Positions 56,595-64,000 of a stretch of DNA of 64,000 nt are shown piece by piece. Origin of the DNA: Clostridia bacterium (GTDB lineage: Bacteria; Bacillota; Clostridia; Oscillospirales; CAG-272); contig JAGAVJ010000039.1 in assembly GCA_017942005.1 (NCBI GenBank), forward strand, positions 95,591-159,590, written 5' to 3'. The notes under the pieces were generated by a model. The model did no database searches. It was not told the DNA's origin and worked only from the letters and a program-made list of their open reading frames with translations. The first letter of the stretch is position 1. Every line of letters starts with the position of its first letter. A program made the translations under genes and the position numbers.

Positions 56595-56623
56595 TTGACA
56601 AAACCGCTAACATCCGTTATAAT
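56595..56623 (+). promoter_or_regulatory. Sigma-A type promoter of the thiT leader
   Basis: TTGACA, a 17-nt spacer, then TATAAT; both hexamers are perfect. Confidence 0.7.
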
Positions 56624-56699
56624 TAAAAACAGCGTCATGATGTGAAAACAGTTTCACGGTGAAACTGGTGTTTCACGTAATAGCGCAATCAACCGCATA

Positions 56700-56900
56700 A
56701 ATGAACATCAGGGGTGCTAAAACAGGCTGAGACGGCAAAAAAGGAAACGAAATCACGTTTTATATATGTGATCATCATGACCATGCCGAACCCTTTACCT
56801 GATTCGGATAATGCCGACGGAGGGAGTATTTTCAAGCGTTCTATGCCAAAAGAGCAGAGGACCTCATTTCCGCACGGTTTCATAGGTGCGGAATTTTTAC
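56700..56900 (+). promoter_or_regulatory. TPP (THI-box) riboswitch with terminator expression platform
   Basis: GGGGTGC..CTGAGA..(long P3 insert)..AACCCTTTACCTGATTCGGATAATGCCGACGGAGGGA, then TTCCGCAC(10 nt)GTGCGGAA-TTTTTACTTTTT. Confidence 0.85.
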
Positions 56901-56919
56901 TTTTTAAGAGGTGCTTCTT

Positions 56920-57492
56920 ATGGCAAACCAAAAATCAAACAAACTGTACATCCTCATTGAGTGTGCACTGATGGTGGCGCTCGCCACAGTGCTGAGCTTT
57001 GTCCGGGTCTACAAGCTGCCGCTTGGCGGATCAGTGACACTGCTTTCCATGCTGCCTATCTGCATGCTGTCCATTCGCCACGGACTGAAATGGGGGCTTG
57101 CAGGCGGATTCGTCTATGCATTTCTCCAGCTGATGCTTGACATCGGTGAGGTTGTCTCATGGGGTCTGACGCCGCTGGCGCTGATTGGATGTATTCTTTT
57201 TGATTACCTGATTGCATTCACCGTCATCGGTCTTGCAGGTATCTTTCGCAAAAAAGGCCGCAGCGGCATGATTGTCGGCATTGCGCTTGCACTGTTTCTG
57301 CGTTTCTGTTCTCATATGGTATCCGGAACGCTGATTTTTGACATCTGGATGCCGGAAGGCTGGAGCAATCCGTTTGTATACTCGCTTGCCTACAACGGTT
57401 CTTATATGCTGCCGGAGCTGATTTTCACGGTGATCGCCGCGGTTCTTCTGACAAAAACGCCGGCGTTCAAACAGCTGCTTGGTCAAAAATAA
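56920..57492 (+). CDS. thiT: ECF-type thiamine transporter S component ThiT
   Basis: Six-TM protein behind a TPP riboswitch. The N-terminus MANQKSNKLYILIECALMVALATVLSF is typical of ThiT. Confidence 0.8.
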   Translation: MANQKSNKLYILIECALMVALATVLSFVRVYKLPLGGSVTLLSMLPICMLSIRHGLKWGLAGGFVYAFLQLMLDIGEVVSWGLTPLALIGCILFDYLIAFTVIGLAGIFRKKGRSGMIVGIALALFLRFCSHMVSGTLIFDIWMPEGWSNPFVYSLAYNGSYMLPELIFTVIAAVLLTKTPAFKQLLGQK

Positions 57493-57517
57493 TCATCTTA
57501 AATTGAAATGACAGGCA

Positions 57518-57559
57518 GGCTGTTGCAAGTGTTCAACTTGCAACAGCCCCTTTCTTTTG
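57518..57559 (+). terminator. Family C palindrome / intrinsic terminator
   Basis: GGCTGTTGCAAGTGTTCAACTTGCAACAGCC followed by CCTTTCTTTTG. Confidence 0.75.
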
Positions 57560-57602
57560 AGAGTGTGATGACACTTTTTAAATAGAATCTACCCGATTTC
57601 CT

Positions 57603-58289
57603 CTATTTTCCAGGCAATTGTACATAGTTCTGAAAAACAATATCTGCTGTCATGGAATCATCACAGGGATAATAATGGTATTTTCCTCTCTGAAACCAAG
57701 CCGTATGCAATCCGGCAAGCTTTCCGCCTTTGATATCCGCAGCAGGATTATCCCCCACCATAATTACAGTTTCCGGAGATTCACCAATGACGTTCAGCGC
57801 ATAATCAAACAATACTTTACTTGGCTTTGTATACCCCGCTTGTTCAGAAGAAATGATGTTCTGAAAATACCTCTCTACACCCAATATGTGTATTTTCTTT
57901 TGCTGAATGGTCAATAACTCATCTGTCAGAATATACAGGCGATACGTTTCATACAGCCGAGGCAAAATAAATTTTAAATCAAAAAACAGCTCGATACTAT
58001 CATAAAATACGTTCCAATAATATTCGCTCGCTTCCCTATCCGTAACCGTTTTCACATGAAGATTGTTTAAGGTCTCCCGATACCATGTGCATCTGTCATT
58101 TCTCTCCGGGGCAGAACCATAGGTCGATGTAATCCTTTTTTTCATACTTCTGAATGTATGGTATATATCATCTACGGCAATTCCTGTTTTTTGACTGATA
58201 TATGCAGCGGTCATCAATTCGGATTTTGCCTTCGCATTTGTCTCATCGTATATGGTTCCATCTGCGTCAAAAATAATTGCTTTTATCAT
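57603..58289 (-). CDS. HAD-superfamily hydrolase
   Basis: IIFDADGTIYD (motif I), LTDE and VGDNPAADIKGG (motif IV). Start at MIKAIIF. Confidence 0.75.
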   Translation of the reverse strand: MIKAIIFDADGTIYDETNAKAKSELMTAAYISQKTGIAVDDIYHTFRSMKKRITSTYGSAPERNDRCTWYRETLNNLHVKTVTDREASEYYWNVFYDSIELFFDLKFILPRLYETYRLYILTDELLTIQQKKIHILGVERYFQNIISSEQAGYTKPSKVLFDYALNVIGESPETVIMVGDNPAADIKGGKLAGLHTAWFQRGKYHYYPCDDSMTADIVFQNYVQLPGK

Positions 58290-58341
58290 ATTTATCCTCT
58301 CATTATGGAATTGTGATGAAGTCACAAAATCACGGTACAAT

Positions 58342-58363
58342 GGGCTGTCGCATGCAACAGCCC
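58342..58363. repeat. Short family C palindrome
   Basis: GGGCTGTCGCATGCAACAGCCC. Confidence 0.6.
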
Positions 58364-58466
58364 ATTCTGAAAAATTTAATTTCAGACTTAAGAATTTTTA
58401 TCTGTCCCCGGTATTGTGTATCGTTTTACATTGAATGTTTACGATTCTGTCTGAAGCACTGTGCAG

Positions 58467-59696
58467 TTACATATCGGCTTTGTTTCCTGCAAGGAAACAA
58501 CCCACCGCACCTCGAACCCGCCGCCGCAGAAGAACACCGGCTTGTTCTATGGATTCCGCCGCCGTCATCGGACGGTCGCAGAGCGCAAAAATCCCGGCTG
58601 CCCCCATGGAATAGAGCGCATAGGCTTCTTCTTCAATACACCCGCCAAAGACCATAACGGGAACCGCTGCATCCTTTGCCCGCCGCAGAATCCCGCAGAC
58701 CGTCTTGCCGCAGACGGTCTGCGCATCGAGCTTTCCTTCTCCTGTCAAAAGCAGATCGGTACAGGCAAGATGTGCTGTCAGATTTACTGCATCCAGCACG
58801 GCATCAATGCCGCGTGTGAGCGCTCCGGACAGAAATGCGATGACACCGCCGCCCATGCCGCCGGCAGCACCCGAACCCGGAATGTCTGAAATATCGACGC
58901 CGTATTTTGTGTTTAACAGCGCCGCAATATGTGCAAGCCCCCGGTCAAGAACGGCAATATCCTCCGGTTTGGCGCCTTTCTGCGGACCGTACACCTCCGC
59001 AGCGCCCCTCTCCCCGCAAAGAGGATTGTCTACATCACAGCAAGCGGTAAACGTACATTCTGCAAGCCTTGCATCCAGTGCAGACAGGTCGATATCGTGT
59101 ATCCGGAGCAAATCGCCTCCTGTGGGCGCCATGATCCGATTCCCGTCCGCGTCGTAAAACCGCGCACCGAGTGCCGACGCCATGCCGCAGCCAAGATCAT
59201 TGGTTGCAGACCCGCCAAGTCCCAAAAGGAAACGCCGGATACCGCGGTCCAGGGCATGCCGGATCATCTCGCCTGTTCCATATGTGGAGGTCTGCATCGG
59301 ATTTCGTTCTGCATCCGGTACCAGTCCAAGCCCGGATGCCGCCGACATTTCCATCACTGCCATTTTTTCGCATTTTATTGTGTCTCCTGCAAAACCATGC
59401 GGATGTAGTATGGTGTCCGTTTCAAATACCGCATAGACCGCTGCGATTTTTTCCTCTGTATCCGGTAACAGATGCGGTGGTGTAACGTTGCACAAAACAG
59501 TTTCCCCGTGCATCGCAGACAAAAACGCCTGAACCGTTCCTTCCCCGCCGTCCGCTGCCGGCAGTACCGTAATGATGGGTTCCATATCGATACCGCGGTC
59601 ATGAAAGGCATCCAGAACCCCTGCTCTTGCAGCCTCTGCGGCTTCCTCTGAGGTCATGGAATGCTTGAATTTATCAAATGCAAGCAGTATCTTCAT
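58467..59696 (-). CDS. Glycerate kinase
   Basis: MKILLAFDKFKHSMTSEEAA, the ADGGEGT pattern, and full-length glycerate kinase architecture. Confidence 0.85.
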   Translation of the reverse strand: MKILLAFDKFKHSMTSEEAAEAARAGVLDAFHDRGIDMEPIITVLPAADGGEGTVQAFLSAMHGETVLCNVTPPHLLPDTEEKIAAVYAVFETDTILHPHGFAGDTIKCEKMAVMEMSAASGLGLVPDAERNPMQTSTYGTGEMIRHALDRGIRRFLLGLGGSATNDLGCGMASALGARFYDADGNRIMAPTGGDLLRIHDIDLSALDARLAECTFTACCDVDNPLCGERGAAEVYGPQKGAKPEDIAVLDRGLAHIAALLNTKYGVDISDIPGSGAAGGMGGGVIAFLSGALTRGIDAVLDAVNLTAHLACTDLLLTGEGKLDAQTVCGKTVCGILRRAKDAAVPVMVFGGCIEEEAYALYSMGAAGIFALCDRPMTAAESIEQAGVLLRRRVRGAVGCFLAGNKADM

Positions 59697-59721
59697 TGTT
59701 TTTCTTTCGGTTTGTGTATCG

Positions 59722-61044
59722 TTATACATTTTCATTTGCACGTCCGCATTCTCTGCGGACATCTCCCGCCATATACAGTGAACCAAAACACAAAATCGGT
59801 ATGTTTCGGTCGGATGAAGTACACAGCGCCTTTTGTTTTTCCTTCAATGCTTCCAGCGCCGCACCAATACTCGGAAATGCTTCTGCTCTTATGCCATGAG
59901 AAGTAAATATTTCCGCAAGCTGCGCCCCTGCCATCGCGCGTGGTGTCGGCGGCGTAATGCAGGCGGCGAACTGGACAGTGTTTACAGCCAATACTGCCGA
60001 CAGCGCTTCTTCCGGATTCTTGTCCCGCAGCATACCACACAGATACAATAGCGGCTGTTCCTGAAAATAATACGCAATATTGTCCGCCATGGCCTGCATG
60101 CCAGACGTATTGTGCGCGCCATCCAGAATGATCATCGGATCGCGTGACAGCACCTCGAACCGTGCAGGAAACGTTGTGGAAGACAATCCGTCTTTCACCG
60201 CCTGTTCCGTCATCGGATAACCAAGCGACGGCAGAAGACGCAAGGCTTCGATTGCCGTCACCGCGTTCTGCACCTGATACAATCCGGAAAGTGCAAGGGT
60301 ATATGCTTGTCCCGCGTAGGTAAACGACAGTCGCCCCGGCTCCGCCTTTCCCTGCACAATGTCCGCACGTTTCGGTATGACAAGCTGCGATCCGGTCTCC
60401 CGACACCGTGCGGCAATCACTTCCTGTACTTCCGCCGGATTATCGGCATAGCATACACACGGTGCGCCAGCTTTGATGATGCCGCTTTTCTGCGCTGCAA
60501 TTTCTGCAAGCGTATTGCCAAGCAGCTCCGTATGATCATAGTCCACACGCACAATGACAGAGAGAAGCGGTGTGATGACATTTGTCGCATCAAAGGTGCC
60601 GCCGATGCCGACTTCCATCACAACAAGGTCGCAGGCGTGCGCTGAAAACCACAAAAGCCCCATCAGCGTCACAAGCTCAAACTCCAGCGGTGTCTCTCCT
60701 GTCTCTTGTGTGTAACGTTCCACACAAGACTTGATCTGTTCTCCAATCTCCGCTGTTTCCGCTTCGGAAATCACTTCGCCGTCAATCTCCATACGTTCTC
60801 TAAATTCCATGATAAACGGCGAAATGAAGCGTCCGACATGATACCCCTGCCGCCGCAGCGCAGAGGTCAGAAACGCACAAACCGACCCCTTGCCGTTGGT
60901 TCCGGTCACATGCAGAAACCGACCGGCAAGCTTTTTTTCGGGATTGCCAAGCATTGCAAGCAGCCGCTCCATACGGGCAAGCGTCGGCGCAGTATGAACG
61001 CGCGGCATTGAATGAAGAAAGGAAAGTGTTTCATGATATGTCAT
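59722..61044 (-). CDS. folC: Bifunctional folylpolyglutamate synthase / dihydrofolate synthase
   Basis: HVTGTNGKGS P-loop and Mur-ligase middle and C-terminal domains. Start at MTYHETLSFL. Confidence 0.9.
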   Translation of the reverse strand: MTYHETLSFLHSMPRVHTAPTLARMERLLAMLGNPEKKLAGRFLHVTGTNGKGSVCAFLTSALRRQGYHVGRFISPFIMEFRERMEIDGEVISEAETAEIGEQIKSCVERYTQETGETPLEFELVTLMGLLWFSAHACDLVVMEVGIGGTFDATNVITPLLSVIVRVDYDHTELLGNTLAEIAAQKSGIIKAGAPCVCYADNPAEVQEVIAARCRETGSQLVIPKRADIVQGKAEPGRLSFTYAGQAYTLALSGLYQVQNAVTAIEALRLLPSLGYPMTEQAVKDGLSSTTFPARFEVLSRDPMIILDGAHNTSGMQAMADNIAYYFQEQPLLYLCGMLRDKNPEEALSAVLAVNTVQFAACITPPTPRAMAGAQLAEIFTSHGIRAEAFPSIGAALEALKEKQKALCTSSDRNIPILCFGSLYMAGDVRRECGRANENV

Positions 61045-61163
61045 AGTAATGAGTCTCCTGCAAGGTCTTTTTACGACCGAAATCAATGATGTTTTCATAC
61101 AACATTATAGGGGAAAAAATACGGTTTGTCAATGGGATGAAGAAAAATTCCCACAAAAAAGAG

Positions 61164-61192
61164 GGGCTGTCGCACGATAATGCAAACAGCCC
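61164..61192. repeat. Degenerate family C palindrome
   Basis: GGGCTGTCGCACGATAATGCAAACAGCCC. Confidence 0.5.
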
Positions 61193-61222
61193 GCAAGAAA
61201 AGCCGATAAAATGATTTGTTTA

Positions 61223-61409
61223 ACGTAAGTTCGATAGAATTCTTGAGGAAAACTTTTTTTCAAAAAACTTTATATGTATAAATCAAATCAAAACGGTACG
61301 TTTTTTGCTTGATTTATCCATATTTTATTGGTTTCTCTGTTTAAAAGTTTATGCGGTGGAGTTTGAGGAGGTGCTTTTTTCAAAAAGCATCTCCTCATCG
61401 AACTCACGT
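61223..61409. mobile_element. 187-bp MITE-like element (family 1) built from inverted family A modules
   Basis: 13-bp TIRs ACGTAAGTTCGAT (61223-61235) and ATCGAACTCACGT (61397-61409), matching at 12/13. Perfect 8-bp direct repeats TTTGTTTA at 61215-61222 and 61410-61417. No ORF. Confidence 0.85.
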
Positions 61410-61414
61410 TTTGT

Positions 61415-62260
61415 TTAATGTTTTTTGGAAAGAACGATCCCGGCTGCCGCAGCCATAACAGCCGCTGCTGCAACGATACCTGCGTCTGCGGTGACAGGGG
61501 TTGTCACCGGAGCAGCAGCTTCCGGTTCAACGACCGGCGTATCTGTAACAGTAACATCTACATCTTGTGCCGGAGTCTCTGCCGGGATCTCCGGACCTGC
61601 GACAAACGCAATCCGCGGGAGCGCCCTTGTTTGTTCCCAGTATGCTTCTGAGACGTCCGTTACCTGCCAATACGAATACATATCACGTGTACCATCGCAG
61701 TCGGCATCGTCGTTAAAAGAGACATTAAAGCCGATTTCCGTTCCAATGGCAGGAGCAAAGCCCGCTGTCTGCCACGGAACAAAGATTTCAACGACATAGT
61801 AACCGTCGTACACGGCAACAGCAGTCGTCGCTTCCTCGTAAACCGTCTCATTTCCGGTATAATAGACTTCTTCACCAGTGGATGCCTTACAGTAATGCCA
61901 GTCGCCGTCTTCTGCATATTCCACATCCTCCGAATAGGTTTCCGATACCCAGAAATCAATGGAATTTCGTGCGTCAGCATCTGCTTTGGGAATGGTGGTA
62001 TCATACATGACACCGAGGAGATACAGACCTTCCTCGTCCCACATAAGGGATGCATAAGAAGCAACAATTTTATCGTTTAAAAGATCTCCACCGTATACTT
62101 CACCGTACATACGGTCTGCATTGGACCAAACCTCGTCGATTACACCGTCAATCTTGGGTTTTACGTTTGCCTTTGGCGCGGTTGCACTTGCTTCTGCTGC
62201 GACAGAAACGGTCATAGATGCTGCCGCACAGAGCGCTAAAACAAGCAGTCTTTTTTTCAT
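61415..62260 (-). CDS. Membrane-anchored surface protein with CBM9-like carbohydrate-binding domain
   Basis: Signal peptide MKKRLLVLALCAAASMTVSVAA. IDGVIDEVWSNAD and FNVSFNDD are CBM9/DOMON-like. Pro/Thr/Val linker and a C-terminal TM helix. Confidence 0.6.
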   Translation of the reverse strand: MKKRLLVLALCAAASMTVSVAAEASATAPKANVKPKIDGVIDEVWSNADRMYGEVYGGDLLNDKIVASYASLMWDEEGLYLLGVMYDTTIPKADADARNSIDFWVSETYSEDVEYAEDGDWHYCKASTGEEVYYTGNETVYEEATTAVAVYDGYYVVEIFVPWQTAGFAPAIGTEIGFNVSFNDDADCDGTRDMYSYWQVTDVSEAYWEQTRALPRIAFVAGPEIPAETPAQDVDVTVTDTPVVEPEAAAPVTTPVTADAGIVAAAAVMAAAAGIVLSKKH

Positions 62261-62421
62261 TGTTTTTTATCCTCCTAAATCAATCATAAAATTTTTGATT
62301 GTTTCTGCTATTTGCTGATATCATTATACCAATAAATATCATAAAAAACAATGAATAATTTTATCATACGACTGAACAATTCTATTATTTTGTTCTGTTA
62401 TGACGGCAGAATTCGGAATTT

Positions 62422-63333
62422 TTAAAAAGGCTGCGTTTCTATATCGACAGAGGTAAGCGGCGGAAAATGGCTTTGCGCGTTGCGGTATTCCATACAGGTC
62501 ATGCCTGTGTACTGCTTGAAAATGCGCATAAAATAGGTTGCATTGTTATAGCAGAGGCATTCGCTGATTTCGTTTACAGTCATTTGGGTGGTGCGCAACA
62601 GCTGCTTTGCGGTTTCCATGCGCTGGGTATTCAAATATTGCGTGAAGGTCGTTCCGAGATTTTGTGCAATTACACGAGATAAATGGGATGCGGAAACATT
62701 CAATGCCGACGCGGTTTTGGAAATATACAGCTCCTCATACAGGTTTTCATGAATATAATCCTTGAAATTGTCAATCAAAGATTTTTCTCCTACCCGAATC
62801 CAATGATTGTCATAAATGCTTTGGGCGCAGATTTCCAAAAAATATACCAACGCTTCAAACCTTGTGGCGTCCATAATCGGCATGAATTTCCACGAAGGAA
62901 TCAACGCTTCGATCACCTCATGAGAAATCCCGCCGGATTCCAAATAGGCCGACACCTGCGCATAAGACAGCGTATTGCCTGACCGTACCTGTCCAATCAT
63001 CAAAGCGCAGATAATCTTCCCATCCGCCTTAATCGGAATCAAGGCTTCCATAAATCCCATATGGCAATGATAAATATACGATTTTTTGGTTGAATGAATC
63101 ATGCGTGACGCTGCAAGGTCACAGGCGGCGCAGCGTTCTGTAAACCATGGACTGTAATACCGCACGCGGTCACAGAAGCGCATCTCCTCATACAGCTTTG
63201 ACAGCTTCGGATATTCTGTTAATATGGTCATATCCGGCGCATGAATGCCGACACGGACACCGCAGATATTATAAAAATTTATCAGCATTCTGTGAATTTC
63301 CGGATTAAACAGGTACTGACACAAATAATTCAC
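62422..63333 (-). CDS. AraC family regulator with PocR sensor domain
   Basis: PocR-like N-terminal half (YHCHMGFMEALIPI) and an AraC HTH C-terminal half (TASALNVSASHLSRV, CLCYNNATYFMRIFKQYTGMTCMEY). Confidence 0.8.
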   Translation of the reverse strand: MNYLCQYLFNPEIHRMLINFYNICGVRVGIHAPDMTILTEYPKLSKLYEEMRFCDRVRYYSPWFTERCAACDLAASRMIHSTKKSYIYHCHMGFMEALIPIKADGKIICALMIGQVRSGNTLSYAQVSAYLESGGISHEVIEALIPSWKFMPIMDATRFEALVYFLEICAQSIYDNHWIRVGEKSLIDNFKDYIHENLYEELYISKTASALNVSASHLSRVIAQNLGTTFTQYLNTQRMETAKQLLRTTQMTVNEISECLCYNNATYFMRIFKQYTGMTCMEYRNAQSHFPPLTSVDIETQPF

Positions 63334-63497
63334 CCCCCAATTTTAAACGTACCCCAAAAGCCAGACAAAGCTTTTGGGGTACATCACATTTCATGTTGCC
63401 ATACAGTATGAGAAATACACCGAAGCGCTGCCCTGCCTTCTCCGCTGCAAGAAAATCAGAAATGATAAGAAAACCGATACCTTGGTTTTCACCGCGT

Positions 63498-64000
63498 TTA
63501 TCCTCTCAAAAGCCGGTCAATTTCCGCGCCGATCACACTTGCCATGCGGACAAAGCCTGCGTCGTTGGGATGACAGGTGTCCACCGTACAGGCATCGTGA
63601 TATTCCGCGCCGAACAGCGTATGACCATCGATAAAGCCTGCTGTTTTCGGGTTTTCGTCGTATGCCTTTCTATAAGTCGCAAACACAATATCGCGGCGGC
63701 GGACATCGTCTGGACGATACAGAGCGTCCGGCTTTGTCACAAAGAGAATCGGCAGATCTGGGTGTGCCGCACGGACGGTACGGTACAATTTTTCGTGCGT
63801 TGCTTCCAGATGCTCCGGGGTGGGCGCATTGTGATCATAATCACACACAAATACCGACATCTCCAAAGATGCGATATAGTCCGCAATGGCGTCTTCTCCG
63901 CGTGCTGAACCGGAGAAGCCCAGATTGATATGGTCGATGTTGCGCTTGGCAGATATGATGTTCTGATACGCATTGCCTGGTCGGGATGCGCAGCCGCCCT
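63498..64000 (-). CDS. SGNH/GDSL hydrolase family protein, 5' end outside window
   Basis: The frame stays open to base 64000 (manual translation gives ..NLGFSGSARGE..). The C-terminal DTCHPNDAGF is SGNH block V. Confidence 0.65.
   Translation of the reverse strand, partial: GGCASRPGNAYQNIISAKRNIDHINLGFSGSARGEDAIADYIASLEMSVFVCDYDHNAPTPEHLEATHEKLYRTVRAAHPDLPILFVTKPDALYRPDDVRRRDIVFATYRKAYDENPKTAGFIDGHTLFGAEYHDACTVDTCHPNDAGFVRMASVIGAEIDRLLRG

Noticed and set aside
1-64000. Searched for defence islands, toxin-antitoxin pairs, prophage or integrase genes, reverse transcriptases (DGR/retron), CRISPR-cas, tRNA and rRNA.
   Set aside because: No ORF showed the corresponding hallmark motifs, and no tRNA cloverleaf or rRNA-like conserved block was noticed by eye. 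Absence cannot be proven without tRNAscan, Infernal or HMM searches.

Overview
This 64-kb chromosomal window appears to come from a spore-forming Firmicute of class Clostridia. That placement rests only on gene content: a spoIIAA-spoIIAB-sigF operon, a SpoVB-like flippase, an SLH-anchored surface protein, tmcAL and a DUF512-der-plsY arrangement. I call about 50 CDS. Most are housekeeping genes (der, plsY, rpmF, yceD-like, ackA, mfd, pth, folC, cls, thiT behind a TPP riboswitch). They are interspersed with carbohydrate-related genes: GH78-like, GH127-like and another (alpha/alpha)6 hydrolase, two sugar-phosphate isomerase/epimerase TIM barrels, AraC, DeoR and LacI-type regulators, and five paralogous LplA-like lipoprotein solute-binding proteins with no ABC permease or ATPase anywhere in the window. 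I saw no rRNA, tRNA, CRISPR array, prophage, transposase or recognisable defence genes. The unusual content is non-coding, in four groups. (1) An intergenic repeat family has a purine arm, its Watson-Crick partner and a downstream mirror pyrimidine tract that change together between copies, which is the geometry of an intramolecular triple helix; most copies lie just after stop codons. (2) Two MITE-like elements have clear terminal inverted repeats and target-site duplications. (3) A modular hairpin-array leader family shows stem swapping and hairpin-in-loop nesting. (4) In a recurrent translation-start architecture, an AGAAAGGA Shine-Dalgarno-like box is separated from an ATGGTY start by one or more hairpins. 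Several housekeeping proteins (SigF, SpoIIAB, YceD-like, Mfd, PlsY, DeoR) also carry repeat or low-complexity extensions. All functional calls come from motif recognition by eye; no database search was run.
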